Source: Cyanophora paradoxa CCMP329 (Eukaryota; Plantae; Glaucophyta). Taken from it: 64,000 bases of DNA. This document shows positions 23,396 through 35,632 of this stretch, in pieces. A model generated the notes under the pieces. It did not search any database and was not told the origin of the DNA. It was given only the letters and a program-made list of their open reading frames with translations. Position numbers and translations under genes: made by a program. The stretch is from the NCBI GenBank assembly GCA_004431415.1, contig QPMI01000472.1, positions 1 to 64,000 of the forward strand, given 5' to 3'. How positions within the stretch are numbered: position 1 is the stretch's first letter; each line of letters opens with the position of its first letter.

Positions 23396-24305
23396 CCAGA
23401 AACTCCAACTGGAATGAGTTGTCTATCCCATTCATGTCTACAAGATCACCATAATAATCTCTAAACTCAACTGTTAACTCTCTAATGACCAAATTGCGAT
23501 CGGTTATTTTTATGTATTCACTGTGCTCTCCACTGTGATAAACATACTGTCCAATATCTTTACTTAATTGCAATCTGAGAATCGCCCCTTGATTCTGTGG
23601 TTGTGATCTTGGGACAATATTGTGGTTTGTAGCAAATGGGGAGAGTTCTTTAATGTGCATGTATAAATACTGTTCTGCATTCATATCTGTCATCTTGGAT
23701 GCTTCTAACTTGTAGTTTAAGCGAGATGCCTCAAATTCATATCCTGTGAATGTTATTCCCATTGGGGATGGTTTGGGTGATTGGTACTCCTGCAAAATAG
23801 AGGAAATTCTCTGGGGCATATAAAGACCTTGCAGACTCTGGGAAATCGTAGATGTGCTCAATTGAAGCGACCCAATCAACAGAACTCACCCAAGAAGTTT
23901 ACCCAATCGCTGTGTAGATGCTACCAATTCGAATTGAACATTACTGTAAAACTCTAACTTGTAGGAAGTAGGGTTGTAGTAGACCTTGAATGCATATGTG
24001 AGATTGTTGCTCCAGTAAAGGTGAAATTCAGACCATAATTATATGGACTGGTGACCCGAAATGCCCTTGATTAATATACCCACTTGGGAGAAGGAAGACC
24101 TGTTTGGTTTCAGAGATGCCTTGGTAGAAGAATCTGACAAGAAGGTGGTCTGTTCCAATGGAATTATAGATGCTGTTGGGATCTCTGCATACAAAACTCG
24201 ACATTCTCTTGGTTTGGTTACTGGGGTTGTGAGTGCAACTTTGTAGGAGTTTTCTATTTGTCCATCTGATCGGTCTCTGCTATCTATATTGACCAGCCGA
24301 ATCAT
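23379..24305 (-). CDS. Minor capsid (penton) protein 1, element B (1-nt frameshifts)
   Basis: VNIDSRDR...Y.V.L..P....RVLYAEIP N-terminus and ELTVEFRDYYGDLVDMNGIDNSFQLEF C-terminus, the PLV single-jelly-roll pattern. Confidence 0.8.
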
Positions 24306-24333
24306 TTTAATATATGTTTATAGATAAAAGAAG

Positions 24334-25343
24334 ATGCCTGTGGATTACATTGAAGTGAGCTCTTTCAATACAATTTCGGGAGATGGACCTACTTCGAGTT
24401 TTATTGCTCGCCTCCCCAGCACATATGAATTTGTAAGAGCAGTAAGACTGGTCTCAGCAGAATTTTATAACAGCATTCCCATGGTGAGTGGTGAAACCAA
24501 ACCAGGAGATGTGACAATAGATAATGCAATCTACCTTTATTGGTCTGAATATCTTTCTGGTGCAGGAAGCACTGGTATTCCAACTGATCGACCTGCTGCT
24601 GATTATGAATCATGGAAACACATTGTGATAAGTCGCAGCACACCCATTCAAAACCACCAACAACTGGTGAATGTAATTAACTCCAAACTTGCATTGAGAG
24701 AGCCACCAGTAGCAATTCGCTGTAAATGGGATGATACACTGAAACGAGTAATATTCCATTCCACCATACCGTTTTACCTGGCTTTCTCAACTGCAATAAA
24801 CCCAACCCAGGCACAGATTCAGAGGTTTTTGAGTTCTGCTCGACTGCTTGGTCTTGATCCTGGGAGATATGGTAACACACCAATCCAATCACAGGTGTAC
24901 AATACTCTTACTGATGGTATCTTCACTGGGTCGATGGTGCATGGTATTATATCTTCATTTGAACCCGAGAAGACCAGGGATAGTGTCCTATTTGTGAGAG
25001 TAAAGGAGTTGGGTGATCTTGTGCAATGTGGTGATGGTCTCCTCACTGGATATTTCCACAAAATCGTGGTTCCTGATAAAGATTATGGTGAGCATGTCGT
25101 TTATAATTCGACAGAAGCCCATCCGATTTATAAATACTATAACAAGAATCTGGGCTCTCCACATTTTCGGTTGACATTGTGAATGCAATTAATGAACCAA
25201 TTGATTTCGAGGGTCAACCTGTCCACCTCACCTTCGAAATTCGATATGGTGATGAACCTGCTGGTGATCCTGTGTACGAATACTTCAAGAGGAGAATGGC
25301 GGAAACACATCCATCTTATCCGGTTATTGCGAATTTTGCGTAA
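24334..25343 (+). CDS. Minor capsid (penton) protein 2, element B (one frameshift near 25150)
   Basis: FIARLP..YEFVRAVRLVSAEFYNS...VDIVNAINEPIDFEGQPVHLTFEI; ortholog at 38140-39149. Confidence 0.78.
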
Positions 25344-25397
25344 AATCAAGGATCATTGGTGAATTTTTTATGTTGCAGTATAATAAAAGAGATAATC

Positions 25398-25740
25398 ATG
25401 GATATTACTTCGACCCTCCAACGTCTTTCTCTGAAAGAAGCTCTAACAACCCCAGAAGAAGCCAAGGCGTTCTTCTTGGACAACTCTCTCATGCTTGGTC
25501 TTGAATCCAAGTCGAAGCCAGTTCTTGTTGTTGTGAACCCAAGCAACACTTTTGAGAATAATGCTGGAAATCGCATTTCTTTCAAGCTCCCTCGCTACAA
25601 TTTCTGTGGAAAACTCGAACTTGCGTTTGACCTTCCAGCTGTCACTTTTGCTGGTGATACCGACCTTGTTCGCAATGGATACGTTCGCCCAGTTGGTGCT
25701 CTTGTCTCTCGACTTGAAATCACCTATGGATCTTACACTT
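25398..25740 (+). pseudogene. Major capsid protein of element B, 5' part (split by element C)
   Basis: ISFKLPRYNFCGKLELAFDLP...GALVSRLEITYG double-jelly-roll-type N-terminus. Joined to 52878-53908 it gives an intact 1374-nt (457-aa) frame. Confidence 0.85.
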
Positions 25741-26570
25741 ACACATATGAATATTCATATTTTAATCCCTCGGCGTTCCGCCTCAGGATTAAAATATGAA
25801 TATTCATATGTGTGATTCGATGTTATATCAATAAAATCGATTAATTTATTTGAATTTTCACATGAATTTTCATATTTTTATATGCAATTTCAATTAATTT
25901 AATCGATATTATATCGATAAACTCGATTAATCGATATTGTATCTTAATTGTAGTTAATCGGAATTATATCAATAACTTCGATTGATCTTAATTGAATTCT
26001 AAATGAATCTAATCGGAATTATATCAATAAATTCGATTAAATCATGTTCTTTTCCGATTAAATCAATTAAATATTTAACTTTGTTACCATAAGTGGTCTA
26101 AGTTGACTCACTTTTCATAAACATTTTGAACTCTTAGTCTCCTTGAATTTCTTAAGATGACTCAACTTAGTCAACTTAGTCAACTTTGTTACCATAATCA
26201 ATCAGGGTGGACTCACTTTTAGATCAACTTTGAAATTTCAAGCAAAATCAACTTTGATTTCAAAAGTGGATCTTCTAAGTGGACTCAAAATGTTCACTTT
26301 GTGATACATGTTAGCTCAAATCCTTACTGTTTATGGTCAGGGTTGACTAAGTGGGGGGAGTTGACACATTTTGTGAAATCCTTTTTAGAAAACTTTTGGT
26401 CCCAAATATTTCCTGTGAAATTTGAGTCAACTCAACCCACTTAGTCAACCCTTGCATTGAATTCGTAACAAAATCCATATACTTTTACTACTTTTACGAT
26501 TAATATGAGTCAACCTTGAGTCCACTTAAATATAAATATTATATAATAGGGGGAATCTAGGGCAGATGCT
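25741..26570 (+). repeat. Left TIR of element C (hairpin 25741-25813, ATCGA-rich tract, GTTGACT/GTGGACT iterons)
   Basis: Reverse complement of 52042-52871; identity ends after ...GGCAGATGCT (26570). Confidence 0.96.
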
Positions 26571-26803
26571 GAGTGTTATTGTAAGGAAATCGAATAGTAT
26601 TCGAAATACTTGACATTGCTTAATGTAGGGTGCATTCATATTTCGGCTACATCATACAGTAGAATTCTATTGTAACAAAAGCTACTGTAGAAAGAAAATC
26701 ATTGTAGAAAGCTATTGTAGGAAAGGATATATTATATCCTTTTTTAACGATTGCCATTGTAATAAAAAAGGTAAATTACCCTGTTTATCATTATAGAAAC
26801 CCA

Positions 26804-27202
26804 TCAAAACGGGAATCTATCATGTTTATGTCTCTCAGTCTTCTCAAATGTTAAGAAATTCATTGTTTTATCGATCTCATCTGCAACTGCTTGTGTTTTA
26901 TGCTGAGCTTCTTTACCACAACTGAATATATCAATTGCTAACATGCCTTCATTGGAATAACAATGAGCTGTGCAATGGCTTTCATCTAATAGCAGAACCA
27001 ATGCAAAACCAGGAGGTGATAGTTTGCCATCAAATATCTCACAATGCTTATGAACAATCCTAATACCTTGTCTCAATACTGCTTGTTCAAGGGTTCCCAT
27101 AATCCAATTACCTAGGAAGCTAACATGCTCATAACCTGTTGCTATAGCTGATTTAGCCTTGTAATCAAGCATAACATGAAAGCCTCTGTATTTAGTCTCC
27201 AT
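26804..27202 (-). CDS. speD: S-adenosylmethionine decarboxylase proenzyme (short, prokaryotic type)
   Basis: G.H...D N-terminus and LLLDESHCTAHCY..EG.LAIDIFSCG, with the ESH self-cleavage site and TCG-like Cys motif. Confidence 0.88.
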   Translation of the reverse strand: METKYRGFHVMLDYKAKSAIATGYEHVSFLGNWIMGTLEQAVLRQGIRIVHKHCEIFDGKLSPPGFALVLLLDESHCTAHCYSNEGMLAIDIFSCGKEAQHKTQAVADEIDKTMNFLTFEKTERHKHDRFPF

Positions 27203-27225
27203 TAAGAATACCTTAGAAAAATTAA

Positions 27226-27498
27226 CTAGTCAAACCTAATGCAAATATCCCTATACTCTACTCTGATTGATGAAGTAGCTCTTTTCCTGTGTGCTTGACT
27301 CTTTCTTTTGTTACAGTCCCTGCAACCTGATCCCTTCACATGATTAAAGGGATAGGTAAGGATCACCTTATTACACTGCAAACATCTCACAGATACTTTC
27401 TCTTGAGCTTTGATGTAATGTGTCTCACTGTAATCGAATTTATCTTTACCATGAACTGTCATAGCAGCATCAATAAACTTTTTTGTTTTACTATCCAT
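27226..27498 (-). CDS. Small zinc-ribbon protein (DUF723-like)
   Basis: FI..A..VHG..FDYS...Y.....KV...C..C......P.NH..G.GC..C. Confidence 0.7.
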   Translation of the reverse strand: MDSKTKKFIDAAMTVHGKDKFDYSETHYIKAQEKVSVRCLQCNKVILTYPFNHVKGSGCRDCNKRKSQAHRKRATSSIRVEYRDICIRFD

Positions 27499-27520
27499 AC
27501 TCTATATATAACCAATATTC

Positions 27521-28354
27521 TTATGGAGCAGTATCCTGTCCAAAAATGGGGAAATATCGATTTGTGCCATAATACTCAGCATAGGTATTCTGCCTTGCAA
27601 TAAAATCGGTTCTCTCAGCATATAATACACACTTGTAGATACCAAACTTGGTGGCTCTCACCAGAAACTGATAGTCTTCCAAACCGAAATTGACTCCATG
27701 ATAAGCAATACCAAAATTATCATATGGGGTGATCACAACTGCAAAATTAGGAGTTCCACCCTCTACTTGACATACAGCATATACATCTGGTGGGATATCC
27801 ACAACTACCTTGTAGTGGTCACCAATTTCAACAAGAGAGTCTACTACTGCTGTTTGTTCATTCACAACAATGGGGAATATCTTGATTATATAGGGGGCAT
27901 TCATGCTGGGGACATAGGTTCGAATTCTTGTGTTGGGATCAATGGGATTGGGTTGATCATTCACAAATAAAGGCGCTCCAACAGCCCCACCAACCCTAAG
28001 ACCATCACCAATATAAGCTCCCCCCGATTTGCAGTTAATAGCTCCCGACCTAGATTCAAAAGAATAAGTAGACAGAGGATCTCCATAGCTATCTGGGTCT
28101 CCATAATGAGCAGAAAAGTTTGCATTTGTGACAAGTAGCTTAGTTGTCTTAACTATTCCATTATTTTTATCACATCTGAGTTCCTGTAATCTCAGCTTGT
28201 GGGTGGAACCAAATGTATTCATTGTAGGTTGGACCTCTGTGGATTGGAGACCCTCAACATCATCAAAAGTAGCATGCTGCAGAACATGGTTTGCTGGTGC
28301 AGCTAATGAAAGCTGAGGTGTAATAATTCGTTCAAGTGGGGGTTGCTCAGCCAT
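27521..28354 (-). CDS. Fibre-family protein, conserved N-terminus with variable C-terminus
   Basis: LRLQELRCDKNNGIVKTTKLLVTNA...SGGAYIGDGLRVGG shared with 28378-29262 and 4814-5833. Confidence 0.6.
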   Translation of the reverse strand: MAEQPPLERIITPQLSLAAPANHVLQHATFDDVEGLQSTEVQPTMNTFGSTHKLRLQELRCDKNNGIVKTTKLLVTNANFSAHYGDPDSYGDPLSTYSFESRSGAINCKSGGAYIGDGLRVGGAVGAPLFVNDQPNPIDPNTRIRTYVPSMNAPYIIKIFPIVVNEQTAVVDSLVEIGDHYKVVVDIPPDVYAVCQVEGGTPNFAVVITPYDNFGIAYHGVNFGLEDYQFLVRATKFGIYKCVLYAERTDFIARQNTYAEYYGTNRYFPIFGQDTAP

Positions 28355-28377
28355 TTTACATTAAAGGGATATATCTT

Positions 28378-29223
28378 TTATGGGGTTGGGTCATCAATTA
28401 CATCTGGCTCCATGTAAAACCCTGTAACTGAAAGAGTATCAGGAGTTACACCTCTAAGAGCTGATACAGCGGCTATATCTGTTCTCAAACCGATAAGAGT
28501 TATAGTATATAACCCAATATCTGTAACAAACAAGTCAAAGGTGAAATTATTATTATAAACACAGTAGCCATAACCGAAATGATTATATCCCTGAACATTG
28601 AAATAGTATTTATGACCTACTTGATTGTTGTTGGCTCTACAAAGGGAAAGCATTGCAGATGGAATCGCAAGACCTCTCAGTACTCTTTTGGTTCCTTCAA
28701 TTAATTCCGAGTTTTCAAGAGTAACAGTATATCCAATGTAAAATTGAATTAATGGCTGCTGTGCAACAGGAGTATATAATCGAATTCGTTGGGGGTCTTC
28801 AACATTCTGTTCAAGAGTATCTGGGACATCATTATACGAAATTGAGGATGAAAGCTGACCTGAAACTCTGCAACCTCCACCAATAAAAGCTCCTCCTGAT
28901 CTCACAGTAACAGCAGCAGTATTCTTGTCGAAATCTAGGGCTTTCAGGGCAACACTGTAAGCATCAGGACCTCCATTTGTAGGCTGGAAGAAGTTAGCAT
29001 TGGTGACAAGAAGTCGAGTTGTTTTAACCACACCAGAATTCTTATCAGCTCTCAGCTCTTTAACTCGAATAATCGAATTTTTATCAAAGGAGTTACCATT
29101 GGAGTTGGGTCTCTCTGTGGATTCTAAACCACGAACCTCATCATTTACTTCATGCTGGCGAAAATGCATTGCAGGGGATCCAAGGGAATATATAGGCAGT
29201 TGAACTCGATTATATTCACCCAT
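28378..29223 (-). CDS. Fibre-family protein, tandem paralog
   Basis: IRVKELRADKNSGVVKTTRLLVTNA...SGGAFIGGGCRVSG; ATG at 29223 follows TAGTAAAAG. Confidence 0.6.
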   Translation of the reverse strand: MGEYNRVQLPIYSLGSPAMHFRQHEVNDEVRGLESTERPNSNGNSFDKNSIIRVKELRADKNSGVVKTTRLLVTNANFFQPTNGGPDAYSVALKALDFDKNTAAVTVRSGGAFIGGGCRVSGQLSSSISYNDVPDTLEQNVEDPQRIRLYTPVAQQPLIQFYIGYTVTLENSELIEGTKRVLRGLAIPSAMLSLCRANNNQVGHKYYFNVQGYNHFGYGYCVYNNNFTFDLFVTDIGLYTITLIGLRTDIAAVSALRGVTPDTLSVTGFYMEPDVIDDPTP

Positions 29224-29262
29224 TGCTTCTTTTACTAAGAAGGAAAGAAAAATAAACTGCAA

Positions 29263-29568
29263 TCAAGCCAAAGTGATTAAATTCGATCCAAGGGATTGGT
29301 AAACAGTTGAAAGAACTTGCAGGTTGGATGTCATTGCTTTGATGTTGTTATCACATTCAGTGTATTTAGCAACAGGGTCACCATATGCAGATTTGGCAAG
29401 GACATTAACCAAGAGGTTTTTATACTCATTTACAACTGGTGAGAGCTTGTTAGTTTGCTGAATCGTTTTTTCAACTGTTTGTAATGCGTTTACAAGGGTG
29501 ATTGTGTCAAAAGAAAGCGCAACAGGCTCAGTTGAATAGGTGGTTCCACCAAGAGGATAGGTCGCCAT
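29263..29568 (-). CDS. Hypothetical helical protein
   Basis: 101-aa ORF packed tightly between co-oriented genes. Confidence 0.55.
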   Translation of the reverse strand: MATYPLGGTTYSTEPVALSFDTITLVNALQTVEKTIQQTNKLSPVVNEYKNLLVNVLAKSAYGDPVAKYTECDNNIKAMTSNLQVLSTVYQSLGSNLITLA

Positions 29569-29571
29569 TTA

Positions 29572-32500
29572 TTATACTTTGACATTTTTAATTTGGTCTA
29601 TTTGATCCTGTTGATCTTTGCATTTTTGGGACAACTCCTTCACAGCTTCAATGAGAACTGGAATTAAACCTGTGTATTCAAGAGATAGGTAGCCATCGTC
29701 TTTTTTAACATTAACTACCTCTGGTATTACCTTTTCTACATCTTGCGCAATTAAACCTAATTTCGTTCCATCTTTTTCGCTTCCAATTCGTTTAAAACTC
29801 ACTCCTTCTAATTTTTCGATTGCTGAAAGAGCGCCGGATATCTTTTTAATGTCGGTTTTGTATCTTATGTCACTTCCTTGTGTTAAATAACCTCCAATCC
29901 ACATCCATCCTCCATGATACATGTAACAAATATCAGTATCTTGTTCATTTCGGAATACAAGGGGAATATCTCCCCCTCCTTTCAAATATGTAGAAGTTTG
30001 GTTACCGAAATGGATACGATTATATCCATCACTGGAATTAAACCAAGTCCCCACAGTTCCTGTTAAGATATTTGGTTTACTATAAACGTTATTCCAATGA
30101 ATATAGCCGGTGTGACCACCATAGCTATGCCCAACCCATATTTTCATGTAACTTATACCCATAATGTGAACTCTTCCAATCTTTGGTCTAATTCGAATTG
30201 TGAGAAATCGATTACCAAGATGTATCGGAACATTATTTAAACCACTGTGGTTACCATCAGGCGATGTGGCGTATGGTTGATAACTATTCACTGATGTAAT
30301 AAAAACTTCATTCCCTTGTCTATTAACTCCCCAAATTTCAAAAACTCGTGAGCTTACCCAAGGTAAATAAGTTAAAAATGCTGTTCCTGTCAGGTATCCA
30401 TCGGGTATATCGAAGTCCATCCAAGCGGTAGAAGTTTGGTCATCATATTGATCATTATAGACATATGAACCATAATTATAATATGGATCCCATGATGTCC
30501 CCCAGTGATAGCTCCAACCCTGAGAACATCTATTAAACTCAATTGCTCCTACTGTTTTATCTGCTGTGTGAAACTTTGGGACATCATTACCGTTTATTTG
30601 GAGTTTGGTAGTAGCATTAATAGTGGGTGCTGTAATAGTGTTATTCACCCAAAAGTTACCATTACCATATGATTTTAAGATTGCTGCATCCGCTGAGTTT
30701 CTAAATTCGACAGATACACCATCGCCATTTTCATAGCCTCGAATATATGTAGTTTGACCATTTCCAAACCAAATTCGCTCGACTGCATCTACTGATTTTA
30801 ACCATGCATTTGTTGCCCATGTTGCGGTTTGTGGAAGGTCTGCGGCTGAGTAAAATGATGGTTTACTAAATATATTATCCCAAGAGATCATCCAACCTCA
30901 TTATCTGTTGCCCTCTGTCTACTCCACCCAAAAACACCTGTAAGATGGATTCTACCTTTTCGACCTTGAACATATATTTTTGTGTAAAACTCACAGTTAA
31001 TAGAGATGAAAAGTATACTGGATTGTGTTCCATCATGTACTGATGCTTGAATACCTTGATAAACATTTAAACGCCGAAGGAAATGTTGATTACCATTAGC
31101 TGTTTGACCATAGATGTCAAAATATCTACAATTAGACCAACACATGGTTTGAATATAAAACGTTTTCATTCCTGTGGGGACATTCCACCTCATCCAACAA
31201 GCGCTACAATCTTCATCATTTTGTGGTGTTGTATAACATCCTGTTTGTCCGGTTCTTGGTGTCCATCCTAAGTTCCAATTATTTGCGCTTCTATCTGTCG
31301 AAACCACATCTAATTGGTCGAAATCGTAACCTTTTGGTATTGTGGTTCCACCAATTTGTAAAGTGGTAGCATTCACAGTTCCTGTTACAGTTCCACCTGT
31401 TAGAGGTAAATAATTCCCAAGAGCTGCTGTTAATTCGGTATCTGTTACAACATCTGTAAGAGCTAATTGTAATTCTGTATTTGTTACATAATCTTTGTTT
31501 TCTAAATAATCATCTGTAACAACACCAGAGAGGGTCTCATTGTGTAAGTTTTTTGCTGCCATCCTCTGATTGACTTCTAAGGCTCCTCCTGCTAATGTTT
31601 TAATCCAGGACATTTCGCATTTCCCATAGTTATCTGATGGTTGTCCCACAAGTGGGACATAATTGAATTTGGATCGACTGAATATTATTTTAGGTCTGGA
31701 GCCATCAGTTGCACTGACATCTGTTACATTTACTTGCATAATGGCATCCTTATCATCATATGCTGCTGGATCAGATGGGAGAGGTGGTAATCCTGATGTC
31801 AATGTGATGTCCTCATTATAATAACTTGTTAAGAAGATGCCTGGTTTGGTATCAATCACCCCAACACCACCTGCTGAAATCATTTGGATTCTTGTTGGTT
31901 GTTTGATGTATAATTCACCTTCCATTGTGGTCCCTGCATCAATGCCTTTTCGATTGACATAATAATCATTTAGTTGTAGCCTTTCAGGTATGGTATTACT
32001 CTGGTAGAGACTCACACCATTTGTAAAGTCTGTCAAAATATTGCCTGATGATGCAAAAGTTGGTTGTTCATCTATTTGACTCCAAGGGTGTCTGTGGTTG
32101 CTATTGGTTATTGTTGAGTAATCATGAGTGTGTGAATCAGGTGGGAAGGTTAATGGAGGATTTGTGATATGCTCCCATAAATGAGTATGGGCGAAATCTG
32201 TGATCTGATCTTTGGTGTGAGTATGGGCAAAATCTGTGATCTGATCTTTGGTGTGAGTATGGGCGAAATCTGTGATCTGATCTTTGGTGTGAGTATGGGC
32301 AAAATCTGTGATCTGATCTTTGGTGTGAGTATGGGCGAAATCTGTGATCTGATCTTTTGTGTGAGTATGGGCGAAATCTGTTATTTGGTCTTTTGTGTGA
32401 GTATGGGCGAAATCTGTTATTTGGTCTTTTGTGTGAGTATGGGCGAAATCTGTTATTTGGTCTTTTGTGTGAGTATGGGCAAAATCTGTAATCTGGGCTT

Positions 32501-35500
32501 TTGTGTGAGTGTGATTTTGAATCCAACCTTGAACCACATTAGAGGTTGGATGATGTGGTAAATTTGCATTGCTTGTAACTGTAAGGTAATCTATTACAGT
32601 ATCAGGTGAGGTTATTTTTAATCCTCTGTAAATATTCAGAGTCTGGGTATGAGTGAATCCATATTTTTGTTGAATGTAATACCTCACAGCATTCTTTTCA
32701 GAAGTTGTCAAAGCCCTATTGAAAACAATCAACTCGGAAATACCACCATTCACAATATTACCAAATCCGAAATGATTGACAGTATTATCTGGTAGATAAT
32801 TTGTTCCTACAAGTGTTTCAATATCTACTCCATTTAACCCGACTGTGTAGCTGCTGGAAGTAATTGTTTGGTCAGTGTAATACCATGTATTTATTAAAGA
32901 AGGAACCGTAATAACTGGGCGGTTTTGGGATGCTCCATTAATAGTGAACTGGTTCATTCCAATAGCAGTAGAAGATGTTGCCCCATAATAACAATATCGT
33001 GATGGAAAGGCGCTTCTGTAAAGTCTCAAGTGAACTTGCATAGAAGAGGCAGTTGGATGATATTTTCCCACAAAGAAAAATGTAAGCCCATTTGAGAAAT
33101 CAATAGTTCTTGTAGCAGAGGTATATGCATAAAAAGTGCCTGTTGGGCTTGAAACACTAACTTGGTTGTTGATTTCGGGATTGGTGTAATAGGAACTGGC
33201 TCCGGAGATAAACAAGTCTGGAACAACTGAATTCGGGACTCTGCTTACTATAGTTGTATACATTGCTGATTGACCTGGTACTCCTGATGCCTTCCAAGCA
33301 AAAATGCAGTTCGAGATATTTGATGCTGGATCAAAGCTTGGTGGGACATCATACCATTCTTCGTAAACCTGATTCATGGTATTGAAATTGCAAGAGCCAA
33401 TTGTGAGGATTCCATTTACTTTCAAATTGCTGGTCTCTATATTGCTACTGTAAATATTACTATTAACTGTGAGGTTTCCTGTGATTGTCCCACCACAAGA
33501 GGGAGATATTTGGATAGTTCTGCTGCAAGTTCAGCTTCTGTAATAAATTGATCAAGCATAGCAAGGGTTACAAAATTAACAAGGATTACTGCAGTAAGGT
33601 AATCCTCTGTGACCACTCTCGAAATATTTTCGTTGTGTATGTTTTTTGCAGCCATCCTCTGATTGGCTTCCAGAACCCCACCATAATCTGTTTTAATCCA
33701 TGCAAGCTCTGCCCTCCCATAATTATCATTTGCAGTTCCCACTATGGGAATGTAGGAATATTTATCTCTGCTGAATACTATCATTGGTCTTGAGCCATCT
33801 AAACTGCTTACATCTGCTACATGAACCTGTATAGCAGAGTTGAAATTTTGGTAGGTTGCTGGGTCTGTTGGGACTCTGAATGTATCTGTGGGAATGTCAG
33901 CCTCCATGTAGCTTGACACAAAGATATTTGGTATGGTTGCTCCTGGTTCAGGTGGTGGATCATAAGAGCCTGGTAATGTCCTAATATGAAGTGGTCCTCT
34001 CATAGCTGAATTTGCAAGTGTCCCATTCACATGTACATAGTGTTCATTCAAAAAGATTCTTTCAGGGACATTACAAGTCTGATAAAGAGAAACCCCCAGG
34101 GTTGCCAAAGGCTCCACCTTTGCAAATTCTGGTTGGTCATTGATCTCATCCCAAGTATGTTCATGTTTGCTTGGTGGGAACTCAGTTGGAATCCCATCAA
34201 TTTCTCCCCAATCATGTCTGTGATCCTCTGGTGGATATTTCTCTGGTTTCCCTAAGATCTCATCCCAATCATGATTGTGATCCTCTGGGGATACTTTGCA
34301 GGTTTATTATTAATTTGTTCATAATCAGGAAAGAACTCCCAGATCTCAGGTCGAAATCCATCTGGTAATAATTCCTCATGGGGTTCATAAGGTTGCTCAT
34401 AATCAACAGCTGGTGGATCATGCCCATCTGGCAAATACTCCTCATCAGGTTCATAGTTCTGCTCATACTCAAACTCTTGGGGATCTAAGCCATCTGGTAG
34501 TATCTCCTCCTCATTGGGGTCATACTGATCATATTCATATTCTTGTGGGTCAAAACCATCTGGTAAATACTCTTCCTCATCTGGAACGAATTGATATTCA
34601 TCAAGCTCTAATATATCGACTTCAGGAGGTAAATACTGCTCATCTATTTGCTTTCTTGGTTCAATTATAGGTTTATTGCGAACTTGCTCCCAACTAACAA
34701 TGTGTTGCCCAAAAGGAACTGTCTCATCTGCTGTGTACTCTCTGCCTGGTTGCTTTTTCGGTGTTAAATCCGGTGGATCCCATGGAAGAGGGAAGGGAAC
34801 TGGGACAGGTCCATAATACTCAAAGATCTCTCTTATGGTCTTCTCACTTACAAGCTTCTCACCATTTGCATACACATTGCTGCCATGGATATTTCGCCAT
34901 TGCCTGGTTCGAATTCCAAGGTCTTTCACATTGCTATACAAAGGCAAAAGGTGCCTATCCATTTCAACAAGATCAGGATGTAAATGGATTGCTACTGGCT
35001 GACTGGGGCTACTGTTGATTGTAATTGATGGCTTTTTTTGATGGACATCTTTTGGAGTAAAGAACCCAAAAGGCTCATTCCTCGCAAAGTCATATGTTAT
35101 ATCCTTGGGATAGACATCATTTGTGTAGGAGACCTGATTTGTGTTGGCAATGGGACCCACTTGCAATACTTGGGGGACCTCAGCTTTTGCAGTGCTGCCC
35201 TCATTGTAAATTCGCAAACCTGTGTTCTGTTTGCCCTGCTCATCTTGAACATTGAAAATCAATCGACCACTATCAAACCTGGAAGGTATATCTGGATGAG
35301 TGCCACTGGTTTTGAGTTTCCTAGGTCTCCTTCTTGTTGCTTTGATCTCTGCCACTTGGTTTGCTTTCACATTACCCAAGCTAAAAGCTACACTGACTTC
35401 CTCCTTATCTGGATCGGTTTGATTCACAGATAAAGCATGCTCCCTTGATTGAGTCTTGGATGAATTATCGGAACTGTGGTCAATCGAAACTGAACCCTTT

Positions 35501-35589
35501 ACTTTAATATTATCAAAGTTCACATGCTTGGTGCTGCTTGCATTATCATCTTGAATGGTTTCTAGATTGGGTGGGTAATTGAAGCTCAT
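29572..35589 (-). CDS. Giant (~2000 aa) fibre protein with C-terminal intramolecular chaperone (peptidase S74), split into four ORFs
   Basis: ORFs 34252-35589, 33437-34117, 30888-33425 and 29572-30891 join with one added base at each break. It contains acidic repeats, HxH repeats, a LamG-like domain (GGISELIVFNRALT..E) and SDIRYK.DI...LGLIAQDVE...Y.GLIPVLIEAVKEL. Confidence 0.75.
32181..32513 (-). repeat. 36-bp coding tandem repeat, 9 copies (HTHTKDQITDFA)
   Basis: Visible in both DNA and translation. Confidence 0.95.
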
Positions 35590-35632
35590 GGCTTTTACTA
35601 TATGGATTTATAAAATTCCTGATAAGTAAAAG

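Noticed and set aside
25736-25740. Alternative boundary with 4-bp TSD CACT and TACAC...GTGTA ends
   Set aside because: Formally possible, but element A ends ...ATATGTGT followed by G, the stems are 28 bp from ACAC, and 6 bp is the usual Polinton TSD
32181-32513. 36-bp repeats as a CRISPR array
   Set aside because: The units are contiguous with no spacers and are in-frame coding repeats
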